Positions 1 to 10,549 are shown, counted from the stretch's first letter. The stretch is 64,000 bases of DNA from Bacilli bacterium (GCA_016283935.1 JAEENX010000026.1:30528-94527), one strand, 5' to 3'. The notes: generated from the sequence alone by a model not told the origin. A program made the numbers and translations.

Positions 1-438
1 CAAACTACTTCAAGAGTTACTAAAGAAGAAATTGAAGATAAATATGAAAAATTAAAATTAACTATATCTACATATGATGCTAATTTAAAAGAAATCGCAT
101 CTTTATCAAAGAATAATACCATTGTAGTTGGTAATAATACATTTGAATTCCTAGAAAAATATGGATTTAATGTTTTATCTGTCCAAGATCCTGATAATAG
201 TAAAAATGATATGCAATATGCTAAAGAAGCAGTTAAATCAAATGTAGCAGTATACGTATTTGTATTATCTACTGATGAAGAAACAGATAATGTTAAAACT
301 TTAGTAAATTTAGGAGCTAAGAAAATAGTTATTAATTCAATGAAAAACTTAACAGAAGAAAATAAAACTAATAAAGTAACCTATGAAACAATCATGAATG
401 ATTTAATAGAAAATATTAGAACTGAGGTAAACAACTAA
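1..438 (+). CDS. 5'-truncated CDS; C-terminal part of a metal ABC transporter substrate-binding protein (ZnuA/TroA-like) is a weak guess
   Basis: Frame 1 is open from window start and reaches the listed 211..438 ORF; the C-terminal pattern resembles the SBP cluster-9 tail; no motif certainty. Confidence 0.3.
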   Translation, partial: QTTSRVTKEEIEDKYEKLKLTISTYDANLKEIASLSKNNTIVVGNNTFEFLEKYGFNVLSVQDPDNSKNDMQYAKEAVKSNVAVYVFVLSTDEETDNVKTLVNLGAKKIVINSMKNLTEENKTNKVTYETIMNDLIENIRTEVNN

Positions 439-1367
439 TGAATAAAACACTTTTAATAACTCACGTAGATTTAGATGGTGTTTCACCTATTATTCTTCTT
501 AATCTTACAGGTATTAAGTTTGAATATAAAAATGTAGAAATAACTGATTTAGATGAAACATTACATACATTAATAGATTCAGAAGATATAAAAAAATATG
601 AACAAATATATATTACAGATTTAACTGTTCCAGAATGGGCATATGAATACTTTAAAGATAATAATATAAATGTTAAAGTATTTGACCATCATGAAGTTCA
701 TTTATATGGTAATAACTACCCTTTTGCAACTGTTAAAGTTAATTTAGGTAATCATCAAACATGTGGAACTGAATTATTCTTCGAATATTTAAAAGAGATA
801 TATCCACATATTAATACTAAGAAAGTAAAACAATATGTAGATTATGTAACTGAATTAGATACATGGCATTTTACAAGTGATATTCCAAAGGAATTAGATT
901 CGCTTAAAAATACATATGGAACTAAAGATTTTATTAAATCAATTACAAGAAGATTAAAATCTAAAAAAGAAACATTTGAATTTACTCCATTTGAGAAAAA
1001 ATTCACTAAACTTAAAAAAGCTGAAATACAAAGATATATGGAAGCCAAAGAAGAAAAAATGCTTCTATATGAAATAAATGGCAAAAAATGTGGAGTATTA
1101 TTTGCTGAAAGAAATAAATCTGAATTAGGTAATTATATATCAGTTAATCATCCTGAATTAGATTTAGTATTAATGTTAGATGCTTCATCTAGAATAAGTT
1201 ATAGAACTAACAGAGATGATGTAAACGTATCTGAATTTGCCACTATCTATGGTGGAGGCGGACATCAAAAAGCATCAGGATCTAAATTTGATGATGAAGA
1301 TAGAAACAAAATTATATTAGAATATTTCAAAGGTGCAAAAAGACTAGAAAAGGAAGAAGAAAACTAG
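438..1367 (+). CDS. DHH/DHHA1 family phosphoesterase (NrnA-like nanoRNase/pAp phosphatase type)
   Basis: N-terminal HVDLDGVS (DHH motif I), VFDHHE (DHH motif), C-terminal GGGGHQKASG (DHHA1 GGGH motif). Confidence 0.75.
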   Translation: MNKTLLITHVDLDGVSPIILLNLTGIKFEYKNVEITDLDETLHTLIDSEDIKKYEQIYITDLTVPEWAYEYFKDNNINVKVFDHHEVHLYGNNYPFATVKVNLGNHQTCGTELFFEYLKEIYPHINTKKVKQYVDYVTELDTWHFTSDIPKELDSLKNTYGTKDFIKSITRRLKSKKETFEFTPFEKKFTKLKKAEIQRYMEAKEEKMLLYEINGKKCGVLFAERNKSELGNYISVNHPELDLVLMLDASSRISYRTNRDDVNVSEFATIYGGGGHQKASGSKFDDEDRNKIILEYFKGAKRLEKEEEN

Positions 1368-1376
1368 TCTTTTTTA

Positions 1377-1405
1377 TTGACTAAATATTTGAAACCCTGT
1401 ATAAT
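1377..1405 (+). promoter_or_regulatory. sigma-A type promoter for tRNA-Ser (TTGACT-N17-TATAAT)
   Basis: Consensus -35 TTGACT at 1377-1382 and -10 TATAAT at 1400-1405, 17-nt spacer, about 15 nt upstream of tRNA start. Confidence 0.6.
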
Positions 1406-1420
1406 TAATTTAGTCGTTTT

Positions 1421-1513
1421 GGAGTAGTACTCAAGAGGCTGAAGAGGGATCCCTGCTAAGGATTTAGGTCGGCGAATGCTGGCGCGAAGGTTCAAATCCT
1501 TTCTACTCCGCCA
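1421..1513 (+). tRNA. tRNA-Ser (anticodon GCU), long variable arm, encoded CCA
   Basis: Acceptor GGAGTAG pairs with CTACTCC; anticodon loop CTGCTAA; long extra arm; ends GCCA; GC-rich island in AT-rich DNA. Confidence 0.85.
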
Positions 1514-1528
1514 TTAAGAAATTAAAGC

Positions 1529-1552
1529 GAATCAAATGATTCGTTTTTTTTA
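1529..1552 (+). terminator. rho-independent terminator after tRNA-Ser
   Basis: Hairpin cgaatcaaatgattcg followed by a T8 run. Confidence 0.55.
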
Positions 1553-1578
1553 TTTACTAAAAAAGATGATTTTAATAA

Positions 1579-3189
1579 TCATCTTTTATTCTTTTTATAT
1601 TCATATACTTTATTTAATGCACCGTTTCTTTCTATATCTGATTTTGCGCCCTTAACTATATCATAGTCAATCTTACGTAACCATGCATTAAAATATGAGC
1701 CCAACGTTAGAGCATATAAAACTAATAATTTTATTCCTTCTCTACTATCAATTCTTCCGTTAAAAGTATCAACTATAGAAGTCAAAGTAAAACCACCAGC
1801 AAGCATAAATGAGCCAAAATGAAGAGCAAGTAATTGTTTATATTTATTTATATAATCTCCATAAGTCACTACTTTTCTAAATTCTTTTAAAGGTTCATCG
1901 TCACCTCCTCTATAAGTAGAAAAGCCATATAGATGATCTTTATCTTTTGAGTTAATTGGTTCATTTTCTAAAATAAATGCTGGGCATACATTATTTATAA
2001 ATTCATTTTTAAGAAGACCTATTTCATATTGAGAAGATAACGTATCAAAATTTAAAATTTTTTCCAAATAATATGTATGATAATTATAAAGCTCATATCC
2101 ATCAAGTTTCTTATAATAATTGTCCATAATACTCAATGCATATTTATAAATTATTTCACATTTTTTATTATTAGGATATAAATCAATTATTTTCTTTATT
2201 TTTTCTATTTTAGCCTTATAAATTGTATCCCATTCAAATTTATGTTTTAGATATTTTCTTATTAAATGTATACATTTTCCAAGAGTTTTAAATGAATCTT
2301 TATCATATTCTTTCATTTGCTTTTCAAAATACTCTATTTGCTTATTTGTTGCACTAAAAGCATCACTTATTTCTGCTGATTGTAAAAATCCCTTATATTC
2401 ATTGTATTTTTTTTCTAAATCTGAGAATTCACTTTTAGCATCTTTATAAGATAGATCTAATAAACTATATAATCTCTCAAATTCAGTAACACTAATTTCA
2501 TCTAAATAATATTGCTCCGCAAAATTAAAAATTTCATCAATAGTAGAAGCCACTTTAACTGAACTCATGGTTAAGAAATAAGAAAAGTTTTTTATAAGAT
2601 TTTTATTTTCATTATTATATTTTAAAGTATTTAAATCTAAATCTAATTCTTTAATTGACTCTTCTAAATATAGAATTAAGCTATCAACTTTGTCATTATA
2701 TATATAATAACCATCATTTTCTATTTCTTTTTTTAATAAGTTTATTTGTTTTAATATAGTTTCAAATTCTATAACTATTTTTCTTACACGTTTACTATAT
2801 TCAAGTGGTAAATATAAATCACTTAAAGAATCATTTATAAAAGTTGATTTTTTATTAAGCAACTCTTCAACAGTTCTTGTGAATTCATCAATTTTATCGT
2901 GGTATTTCTTTCTTTTAACATACTCTTTAAATTGTACTTCAATTTCTTCATCTAGATTCATTTCTGTAGATTCACAATAAGAAGAATTATAAGTACTTCG
3001 TGACTCTTTATTAGACAAAACTTTATATGCTTCATTTATTAATTTAAACATTTCAGATTCTTCATTATTGTTTTCATCTGGATGATATTTCTTAGCTAAT
3101 TTATGATATGCCTTTTTAATTTCTTCATCGGTTGCATCTTTAGATAAACCTAATACTTTATAATAATCAATATTAGTCATGTTTATCAC
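1579..3189 (-). CDS. J-domain (DnaJ-like) protein with long coiled-coil middle and C-terminal two-helix membrane anchor
   Basis: N-terminus [33 protein letters not shown] is a canonical J domain with HPD; heptad-rich K/E middle; C-terminal hydrophobic stretches [21 protein letters not shown] and [17 protein letters not shown]; SD aaaggtga before start; overlaps upstream vWA gene by 17 nt. Confidence 0.7.
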   Translation of the reverse strand: MINMTNIDYYKVLGLSKDATDEEIKKAYHKLAKKYHPDENNNEESEMFKLINEAYKVLSNKESRSTYNSSYCESTEMNLDEEIEVQFKEYVKRKKYHDKIDEFTRTVEELLNKKSTFINDSLSDLYLPLEYSKRVRKIVIEFETILKQINLLKKEIENDGYYIYNDKVDSLILYLEESIKELDLDLNTLKYNNENKNLIKNFSYFLTMSSVKVASTIDEIFNFAEQYYLDEISVTEFERLYSLLDLSYKDAKSEFSDLEKKYNEYKGFLQSAEISDAFSATNKQIEYFEKQMKEYDKDSFKTLGKCIHLIRKYLKHKFEWDTIYKAKIEKIKKIIDLYPNNKKCEIIYKYALSIMDNYYKKLDGYELYNYHTYYLEKILNFDTLSSQYEIGLLKNEFINNVCPAFILENEPINSKDKDHLYGFSTYRGGDDEPLKEFRKVVTYGDYINKYKQLLALHFGSFMLAGGFTLTSIVDTFNGRIDSREGIKLLVLYALTLGSYFNAWLRKIDYDIVKGAKSDIERNGALNKVYEYKKNKR

Positions 3190-3919
3190 CTTTATTAGTT
3201 AATAAGAGTCTTTTTTCAGATAAACTATCATTCCAATCGTCACACACTGAATCATTCTTCATAAAACTATCAATAGCTTTATCAATACTTTTAAAGCAAT
3301 CCTTTAATCTATCTTTATCATTAAATATTCCGACCTTATCAATACCAATATAATCATTTAATTCATACTCACTTAATAATATATATTCCCATCCAAGTTT
3401 TTTAGTAGATTCAATTAAATTATTTAAGTCATTTACCTTATATTTTGTACTAACAGTATCTTCACCATCAGTTAAAATCATAACTAATGTTTTAAAAGAA
3501 AAAACACTACCATTAAATTGATCATCAAGAATTCTATTAATAACAGGTATAAGTGTATCATAAAGTTTTGTACCACCATCAGCAAAATATAATAAATTTT
3601 CTATTTCTTTAATTGGTCTTCGATAATATATTACCGAATCATTAGATTCAAATAATACAACAGTAACTATTATATCTTCACAAGTATTTTTATATTTTTT
3701 TATCATATTTAAAAAGTACTCCTCCATGACCCCTTCAGTTCCACGCATTGATCCACTTCTATCAATAAAAAATACTAATTCCTTATGTGATTCCCTTAAA
3801 GAATTTTTATAATCTCTTTTAAACAATTCAAACGAAGCACTATCGTGAGCTATTTCAGTTTTTTCTTCTTGAACTGCTGGTAAAGTTACTTTTTTAATAT
3901 CATTTAACTTAAATTGCAT
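3173..3919 (-). CDS. cytoplasmic von Willebrand factor A (vWA) domain protein with intact MIDAS
   Basis: [10 protein letters not shown] (DxSxS), downstream Thr and LTDGEDT complete MIDAS; no signal peptide; SD caggtgg. Confidence 0.75.
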   Translation of the reverse strand: MQFKLNDIKKVTLPAVQEEKTEIAHDSASFELFKRDYKNSLRESHKELVFFIDRSGSMRGTEGVMEEYFLNMIKKYKNTCEDIIVTVVLFESNDSVIYYRRPIKEIENLLYFADGGTKLYDTLIPVINRILDDQFNGSVFSFKTLVMILTDGEDTVSTKYKVNDLNNLIESTKKLGWEYILLSEYELNDYIGIDKVGIFNDKDRLKDCFKSIDKAIDSFMKNDSVCDDWNDSLSEKRLLLTNKGDKHD

Positions 3920-4007
3920 AATTATCCACCTGTCAATACTTTTATTATAAACTTTGTATGCCTCAAGTCAACAAAAATAATATCAAATAAAAAAGTAGAA
4001 CTTAATT

Positions 4008-4829
4008 CTACTTTTCGCTTTCAGGAATCTCTACATGTTTACTAGCTGGTTCCATTAATACTTCAGGATGTTTAAACATGTATTCTAATAATTTTAATGC
4101 TTTAACAAAATAGAAACCATCAGCTATTCTTTCATCAATAGTAGCTCCTATTTCCATGAAATACTTACCATCCTCTTCTACTATTTCACCAAATGTAATT
4201 AATGATGAAGCAGTACCAAAGTTTGTTAAGTTATGATAAATAGCTCCAGTTTTAAATGTACCTAGATTTGATACTATAGCTGATGAATAATATAAATTAT
4301 CTGCTATTAATGATTTAGGTAAACAACCTTTTCTATCCATATATTTTAATATACCAATAAGAGGAACTCTTATTATATTTGGTAAATGCCCTATTTTATC
4401 TACAAAGTTATCTAATCCACCATGCTTAGCATTTCTGATCTTCTTAACTTGATTATAAACAAATTCAGATATATCTAATACAGTTGAATCTTCTGGAATT
4501 TTAACTACAGTTAATAATTCAACTGAATCATCTTCAAATTTTTCTTTTGCTACAAATGATATAGAAACATCATCATGAGTAAAGATATGTCTATCTTGAA
4601 CATAATAATTCATTTTAGGTCTTGAATATAATGTCTTACCTAATAAGAATACTAATCCATGAAAGAAAGTTACATTTTCATGTTCTTTCTTTAAATTCTT
4701 AATATATTTAACGAATTCAGTTACATCTAACTTTCTATTCATATAAACTGCTGAATCACATCTATTTGGTTTAAAATCACATAATAATGTTGCCATTCCT
4801 GTTGTATTTGGTGCTTTTGTTCTTCTCAT
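4008..4829 (-). CDS. 2-oxoacid dehydrogenase E2 catalytic-domain-like (CAT fold) protein lacking lipoyl domain; catalytic His replaced by Glu
   Basis: C-terminal SNLGTF...ATIDERIADGFYFVKALKLLEYMFKHPEVL aligns with the E2 ...DHRxxDG...L..P motif region, but reads DERIADG; SD taggagag. Confidence 0.55.
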   Translation of the reverse strand: MRRTKAPNTTGMATLLCDFKPNRCDSAVYMNRKLDVTEFVKYIKNLKKEHENVTFFHGLVFLLGKTLYSRPKMNYYVQDRHIFTHDDVSISFVAKEKFEDDSVELLTVVKIPEDSTVLDISEFVYNQVKKIRNAKHGGLDNFVDKIGHLPNIIRVPLIGILKYMDRKGCLPKSLIADNLYYSSAIVSNLGTFKTGAIYHNLTNFGTASSLITFGEIVEEDGKYFMEIGATIDERIADGFYFVKALKLLEYMFKHPEVLMEPASKHVEIPESEK

Positions 4830-4839
4830 ATAAACTCTC

Positions 4840-5775
4840 CTATCTCGTATAATGTTTTACAACTAATATTATAACACATAAACTTACTATTAATACTACC
4901 CACTCTATAATTGGTTTATAATCAATAGTTTTAATTTCTTCTTTATGTTCTTCTTTAACTATTTGAGTAGTAACTTCTATCTTTTCTTCTTGTACTACTT
5001 CTTTAGGTTTAATTAAATATTGTATTTCATTATAATCAAGATTATATTCACCTAAATTATAATTATATTTAGATACTATAATATTATTAGAATAATAATC
5101 TGGTTCATAATCACCCATTGTATATCCTACTAATATAAAATCATTTTCTATATCTAAGATATACCATTTATTATTTAGTTTAACTAAATTATATTTCTTA
5201 CCTGTATTTAATCTTTCAGTTATATAAGATTCTATATTTAAATTAGATAACATAAATTGAACTAATACATAAGATTCATTTATATTGCCATTATATATAG
5301 CATCATATAAAGATGTACTATCAGATTTAGTAATATCATTTTTTATATAATTAACTACTAAATATACTTTTTCATCATCAGTTAAATAATTATATTTACC
5401 ATTTAACTTATTACCAAATTCTAATACTTTATTATACTCATCATCATTATTTAAATTAAATTTAACATCAAATATATATTTATTATTTTCTACTCTTGGA
5501 TAATTTCTAAACTTATCATAATTAATGAAATCTTCATAAGTATAAACATTTATATATTTACTACTTAACATATAATTAGATTTAAAATACTTATTTATAT
5601 CATATATATTTACGTCATTAGAATATTCTAATTCATATGAATTAGACATTCTATTTGTAAAAATATTATCTATTTCTTGAATCATATCTTCATTAGAAGC
5701 ACTAATGGCATTTACATTGAATGTAATACACATTAATAATATGAATATAAGAGAATATCTCTTCATATGAATCAC
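4840..5775 (-). CDS. secreted Asn/Tyr-rich protein with N-terminal signal peptide and C-terminal hydrophobic anchor
   Basis: Signal-like LIFILLMCITFNVNAISAS; C-terminal IIEWVVLIVSLCVIILVVKHYTR; function unknown. Confidence 0.45.
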   Translation of the reverse strand: MIHMKRYSLIFILLMCITFNVNAISASNEDMIQEIDNIFTNRMSNSYELEYSNDVNIYDINKYFKSNYMLSSKYINVYTYEDFINYDKFRNYPRVENNKYIFDVKFNLNNDDEYNKVLEFGNKLNGKYNYLTDDEKVYLVVNYIKNDITKSDSTSLYDAIYNGNINESYVLVQFMLSNLNIESYITERLNTGKKYNLVKLNNKWYILDIENDFILVGYTMGDYEPDYYSNNIIVSKYNYNLGEYNLDYNEIQYLIKPKEVVQEEKIEVTTQIVKEEHKEEIKTIDYKPIIEWVVLIVSLCVIILVVKHYTR

Positions 5776-5779
5776 CTTT

Positions 5780-7087
5780 CTAATTTAATTTAAAGCATCC
5801 TTTTTGACCATCATAATCACCAATGCATACATGCTCAACTGGTTGATCTGATGGATAGTTATAATAACCTGTAACAGTAACAGATTTTTTATTAGTTAAT
5901 TTTTCATCTGAAGTTCCAGTAAATCCTACTTTAAATACTTTACCATTGAAAGCAAAATTATTATCTACAGATGAAGGATAGAATTCAATAGATGTAACTG
6001 GATTCAATTCAACACCATCATCTAATTCATTACCAGTTAAAGTATATTGTAATACTCCTACTGATAAACCATCTTCATAAGTAGTATTATTATAATTTTT
6101 CATATAAGCTTGTGCTTCTTCTGGAGTAAATATTTTATCTAATCTAACATCAACTTTATAATCTTTATTATTACTTGGATCATATATTGAACAGATAGAT
6201 AATTGTCCAACTGCAAGAGGTTGATTCTTAGTTGATTTTAATCCTTGATTATATAACTTAGTAGTTGTTGTAGTTTCAACTGTTGTAGTTATTGTTGTAG
6301 TTGTTGTATTACAATCTACTACACTACAATCAACTGTAGTCATTTGAGTTGTAGTAATTGGTCTACTCTCTTTTTCTTTATTATTTTGAACTAATATATA
6401 AACTATGAATGATAATAGAATAACAATTAAACCCATAACCATAGCTAATAACATAGTTTCAGATATTTTCTTTCTAGGTTTCTTTTCTTTAGGTTCTTCT
6501 ACCACTGATACTTGTCCGATTGTATTTGTTTGAGCATCAACACTTGAAATTGTTTGTAATCCAACTGCATTATTAGTTGTTGGAGCAAATACTCCTGGAT
6601 CTGATGTAGTTACAGGTGGTGCTTGATTATAAGTTGTTTGTTGATTATTTACCTCATTATTATTTAATGCACTTGTAGTATCAATTATGGTATTAGTAAA
6701 TCCTCCAACATTAACAACTGTTGTTTCCATATTGACAGGCTTTTCATTAATTACTTCATCATTCATATCAACATTTACTGATGGACTAATAACAACACTT
6801 TCTTCTTCAACTGGTTTAGTAACAGTTTGTACTTTTACTACCTTTTTAATTACTTTTTTAGGTGGAGTATTAGTTTTTAAATTAATCACTCCTTTAGTTG
6901 GTGCTTTAAAGTTTTCTTCATGTTCATGAGGATTAACATATTCCTCTACACCATTACTTTTTATAACAAATTCATCATCTGGTAAATTAATAAAGTTATC
7001 GTTAGCAGTGAATGCAAATTGAGTATTACAAATTGGGCATATAATTGATCCTTCTCTTATCTCAGAATTACAATTTGGACACTTCAT
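5780..7087 (-). CDS. zinc-ribbon / single-pass TM / Thr-rich linker / extracellular beta-domain protein (DUF4352-like architecture)
   Basis: CPNC...CPIC double zinc ribbon, TM LLAMVMGLIVILLSFIVYILV, TTTTITTTVETTTTT linker; start moved to ATG (MKCPNC) with aggtgg SD; the ORF-track start at 7099 is a GTG. Confidence 0.55.
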   Translation of the reverse strand: MKCPNCNSEIREGSIICPICNTQFAFTANDNFINLPDDEFVIKSNGVEEYVNPHEHEENFKAPTKGVINLKTNTPPKKVIKKVVKVQTVTKPVEEESVVISPSVNVDMNDEVINEKPVNMETTVVNVGGFTNTIIDTTSALNNNEVNNQQTTYNQAPPVTTSDPGVFAPTTNNAVGLQTISSVDAQTNTIGQVSVVEEPKEKKPRKKISETMLLAMVMGLIVILLSFIVYILVQNNKEKESRPITTTQMTTVDCSVVDCNTTTTTITTTVETTTTTKLYNQGLKSTKNQPLAVGQLSICSIYDPSNNKDYKVDVRLDKIFTPEEAQAYMKNYNNTTYEDGLSVGVLQYTLTGNELDDGVELNPVTSIEFYPSSVDNNFAFNGKVFKVGFTGTSDEKLTNKKSVTVTGYYNYPSDQPVEHVCIGDYDGQKGCFKLN

Positions 7088-7169
7088 TATCTTCACCACC
7101 TATTCTATAAAATAATATCATATACACGCTATTTTTTCAATGTATGTTATAATGTATTTAGGTGATAAT

Positions 7170-7379
7170 ATGAAACAAAAATCTTATAAAGTTGAAGAAC
7201 CTAAAAAAGAATCAAACGTTATTTATCATGAAACTTCTATAGAAGCTACTCTAAAGAATAAACCATATATAATTCCTGCTTCTAAATCAGGTAGTTATTC
7301 TAAATTAGATAAAGCTCAAAAGAAAGAAGAAAAGAAATTAATAAAAGAATTAAAAGACTATACAAAAAGAGACTTATAA
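7170..7379 (+). CDS. small basic hypothetical protein (about 69 aa)
   Basis: ATG preceded by ggtga; Lys/Glu-rich; terminator hairpin at 7365-7389 overlaps the stop. Confidence 0.3.
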   Translation: MKQKSYKVEEPKKESNVIYHETSIEATLKNKPYIIPASKSGSYSKLDKAQKKEEKKLIKELKDYTKRDL

Positions 7380-7386
7380 AAGTCTC

Positions 7387-8244
7387 TTATTTTTTTCTAA
7401 ATAATTTTCTATTAAACAATCCTATCTTTCTTTGTATTCTTAAAAGTGTCATTGCAAATTTAGATATTTCTCTATAAGTTGAATAATAATATAATTGACT
7501 ATCTTTAAATAGTTTATATTTTTTATATCCAGATATCATATTATCTACTGATCTAGAATATAAATGTTTTATTCTAACTTTATTACTAATAACAACCATT
7601 AAATCATTATCTCTAATCTTTTTAGATAATATAGAACCTTCATAGTATAAGAATACCTTTTCATCCATGTATCCAATCTTTTGAAGGTTTTCAGATGTAA
7701 TTAAGAAGAAAGCACTAGAAACATTATCTACAAAGCTATATTCGCTTTGATATACGTCTTTATTATAATAAATAATAGAATCAGGTACAAAATCTCTAAT
7801 AATCGGTATACCCAATAAAAAGTCTGTTTTAGCACCTATATCTTTCCAGCCTCTATTAATTTGTCCTCTTTCCATTAAAGAAGGAACTACTAACCCTACT
7901 TTTTCAAAAGATAATAAATCAATTAAAGTAGATAAATCTTTTTCATCCATAATAACTATATCTGAATTAGAAATAATAAAATTACATTTACCATATTTGT
8001 CTACAAGATACTTAGAGCCAAGATTAATAGCAGAAGAATATCCTATATTCTCATCATTGAATATTTTTTCTATCTTTTTATTCTTAATAGACTTAATTAA
8101 GTTTCTTTCTTCTTCTCTAGAATTATTATCTACTATTAATATTTTATCTATTATTTTATAATCTATAACATTATCTACTAAATGTTTAGTAGATTTATAA
8201 TCATTACAATTAATAATAATTAAGCAATTCTTCATTATTATCAC
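7387..8244 (-). CDS. family 2 glycosyltransferase
   Basis: N-terminal IINCND..., IVDNNSREEE (GT2 DxD-type region), ENIGYSSAINLG. Confidence 0.6.
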   Translation of the reverse strand: MIIMKNCLIIINCNDYKSTKHLVDNVIDYKIIDKILIVDNNSREEERNLIKSIKNKKIEKIFNDENIGYSSAINLGSKYLVDKYGKCNFIISNSDIVIMDEKDLSTLIDLLSFEKVGLVVPSLMERGQINRGWKDIGAKTDFLLGIPIIRDFVPDSIIYYNKDVYQSEYSFVDNVSSAFFLITSENLQKIGYMDEKVFLYYEGSILSKKIRDNDLMVVISNKVRIKHLYSRSVDNMISGYKKYKLFKDSQLYYYSTYREISKFAMTLLRIQRKIGLFNRKLFRKK

Positions 8245-8348
8245 CTATTTAAGTTTATCATAAATGAAAAAAACATACCATAAAACAACGTATTTTCTTA
8301 AAAAAATTAATAATTTACAATTTTTTTAAAAAAAAGTGCATTTTTTGT

Positions 8349-8377
8349 TTGCATTCTATAATTATTTTATGTATAAT
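8349..8377 (+). promoter_or_regulatory. sigma-A promoter of tRNA operon (TTGCAT-N17-TATAAT)
   Basis: -35 TTGCAT at 8349-8354, -10 TATAAT at 8372-8377, about 20 nt before tRNA-Lys. Confidence 0.6.
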
Positions 8378-8397
8378 GAATAAGTACTTAACGAAAT

Positions 8398-8473
8398 GTC
8401 TCCTTAGCTCAGCTGGTAGAGCAACTGACTCTTAATCAGTGGGTCTAGGGTTCGAATCCCTAAGGGGACACCA
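8398..8473 (+). tRNA. tRNA-Lys (anticodon CUU)
   Basis: Cloverleaf by eye; anticodon loop CTCTTAA; T-arm GGTTCGAATCC; ends ACCA. Confidence 0.85.
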
Positions 8474-8477
8474 TTTC

Positions 8478-8554
<77 letters not shown>

Positions 8555-8564
8555 TTTTGTTTAT

Positions 8565-8641
8565 GGCCCGTTGGTGAAGCGGTCGAACACACATGCCTTT
8601 CACGCATGGATTCATGGGTTCAAATCCCGTACGGGTCACCA
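8565..8641 (+). tRNA. tRNA-Glu (anticodon UUC)
   Basis: GGCCCGT acceptor pairs with ACGGGTC; anticodon loop CTTTCAC; CCA end. Confidence 0.85.
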
Positions 8642-8649
8642 TTTAGAAA

Positions 8650-8680
8650 TAAACGACTTATTTAAGTCGTTTTTATTTTT
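8650..8680 (+). terminator. rho-independent terminator of tRNA operon
   Basis: Hairpin aacgacttatttaagtcgtt followed by a T-run. Confidence 0.55.
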
Positions 8681-8722
8681 TATAAATTTATATAAATGAA
8701 AAAAGAGACTTTTAAGTCTCTT

Positions 8723-9745
8723 TTATTTTGCACTTACTTTAAATAACTTAAATGATCCATTTACTCTATTAAATGTATAACTAACAGTTGTTAATGAATC
8801 TTTATAATCTAATACAGATGATGAATATCCAGTTACAATTGGAGTATCTAAATTATTTAATGCATATAATTTATTTTCTTTAACATATCCAACTACTTCA
8901 GTAATAACTACATAATCTTTTTCATCTTCAATATTAACAATTTCAGATTGAATAGTTCTAGTATTATCATATGAATCAGATATAGCTAAGAATCTATCTT
9001 GACCACTTACATATGTGAAGTTTAATCCATCTACAGCAAAATCAGCTGTTTGATATGTTGCATTTGATCCAAATACATTTTCAAATGCAGTTTGTAATGT
9101 TGTGTTTAATACAGTAAATACTTTACCATCTCTTGTAATATCAGATGCATTTAATGAATAATAAGCAATTTCTAATCTTTCACTTGCACTTAAATCTGAA
9201 ATAGATCTTTCACCTAATAAAATATTAAAATCATTTATATATACTTTATCCATTAGATAAGCATATTCATTTTTTAATTCATCTAATGTTTTTACTCTTT
9301 TAGTAGTAGTTTCAGTTGAAGCAACATTATTTGTTGTAGTAGTTGTTGCTTCATAATCTTTATTTAAAATCATAATATTATCAGTTTTATATAATCTATA
9401 CATTCCATATCCTAATGCACCTAGTAAAACGATAATATAAACAGACATTCTAAATATCTTTAAGCTTTTCTTTCTACTTAATAAAGCTTCTTCTCTAACT
9501 ACTCTCTTTTTAACATCTTCTTTTATTTCTTCAGTTAATTCATTTTTAATTCTATCTTTTTCAGATATAGTATATAAACTGAAAACATCTTCGCTTACTT
9601 TTTTTACTAAATCAGCTTTAACATCAGCTTCTACATCTTTAATTAAATCTTCTTTAATTCTTTTTTTGTCAGCATCAGTAAATTTTATAACTGGTTCTTG
9701 CTTAACTTGATTATTCATTTTTTTCTTGTCATTTTTATTAGGCAT
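8723..9745 (-). CDS. membrane-anchored protein: Lys/Glu-rich cytoplasmic N-terminus, one TM, Thr-rich linker, extracellular domain
   Basis: TM IIVLLGALGYGMY; ATTTTTNNVASTETTT linker; no recognised catalytic motif. Confidence 0.45.
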   Translation of the reverse strand: MPNKNDKKKMNNQVKQEPVIKFTDADKKRIKEDLIKDVEADVKADLVKKVSEDVFSLYTISEKDRIKNELTEEIKEDVKKRVVREEALLSRKKSLKIFRMSVYIIVLLGALGYGMYRLYKTDNIMILNKDYEATTTTTNNVASTETTTKRVKTLDELKNEYAYLMDKVYINDFNILLGERSISDLSASERLEIAYYSLNASDITRDGKVFTVLNTTLQTAFENVFGSNATYQTADFAVDGLNFTYVSGQDRFLAISDSYDNTRTIQSEIVNIEDEKDYVVITEVVGYVKENKLYALNNLDTPIVTGYSSSVLDYKDSLTTVSYTFNRVNGSFKLFKVSAK

Positions 9746-9850
9746 TTGATATCACTTCCTAATATAATTATAAATTAGATGTATACCATTTTCAATTGTT
9801 TTACGTTTTCATAATGTTAAATACATGTAAAAAGCAAGTAAAATACTTGC

Positions 9851-10549
9851 TTATACTATATGATCAAATTCAATTGGGAAATCTACTACATAATCAACTA
9901 AATCTGAATCTTTTTGAGTAGCACCATATACTACAAAATGTAACTTATCTAGTTTCTTCATAGCATTTTCAGTAAATCTACTTTTACTTGATGTTAATTC
10001 AGATATATTAAAATAACTATTTTCTGCTATTATTTGTTTAATTGAAACAGCTGTATCCATCTTACCACTTCTTACAGCAAATGGTACAAGTTCTTCACCT
10101 TCTTCATAATAATAACCAATATCATATCCATATAATTGTTTATCTTCTCCTGTATATGATGCAGCAGTAGCATAAAACATATTTATTTTATGATTAGTAA
10201 AGATATGAATAGTTCCTATAGAACCATTATCTCCTTCATATTGACCAATATAAATAGTATCATGTTTTGAATATTGAACATTATAGAATAATAATCCTAA
10301 TATAATAATTATAAATACTACAAATAATGGTTGAGGACTATTAAAGAATTTTTTTAATTTATCTTTAAAGCTAACCTTTTCTACTTTTTTTATTTCAACT
10401 TTCTTTATATCTTCTTTTTTTACTTCTACCTTAGTTGAAATAGTCTTTTCTGCAGTCTTCTTAACTGGCTTCTTAACAGTTGTCTTTTTAACTGTAGTTT
10501 TCTTTTCTACTGGTTTCTTTGTTGTTTTAGTTTCCTTCTTGTTTTCCAT
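9851..10549 (-). CDS. membrane-anchored protein: Lys-rich N-terminus, one TM, extracellular domain; overlaps PBP gene end
   Basis: KKTTVKK repeats, TM LFVVFIIIILGLLFY. Confidence 0.45.
   Translation of the reverse strand: MENKKETKTTKKPVEKKTTVKKTTVKKPVKKTAEKTISTKVEVKKEDIKKVEIKKVEKVSFKDKLKKFFNSPQPLFVVFIIIILGLLFYNVQYSKHDTIYIGQYEGDNGSIGTIHIFTNHKINMFYATAASYTGEDKQLYGYDIGYYYEEGEELVPFAVRSGKMDTAVSIKQIIAENSYFNISELTSSKSRFTENAMKKLDKLHFVVYGATQKDSDLVDYVVDFPIEFDHIV

Noticed and set aside
842-1084. Antisense or embedded short ORFs inside longer genes (842-1084, 6687-6929, 12899-13099, 13540-13722, 14003-14224, 29022-29336, 30276-30467, 30681-30905, 36639-36866, 40111-40296, 42958-43143, 46928-47125, 49140-49361, 52249-52506, 55222-55464, 57708-57899, 58707-58961, 63089-63448)
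   Set aside because: All are fully nested in, or antisense to, longer ORFs that carry recognisable motifs. They have AT-rich low-complexity translations and no SD, so they are treated as noise.
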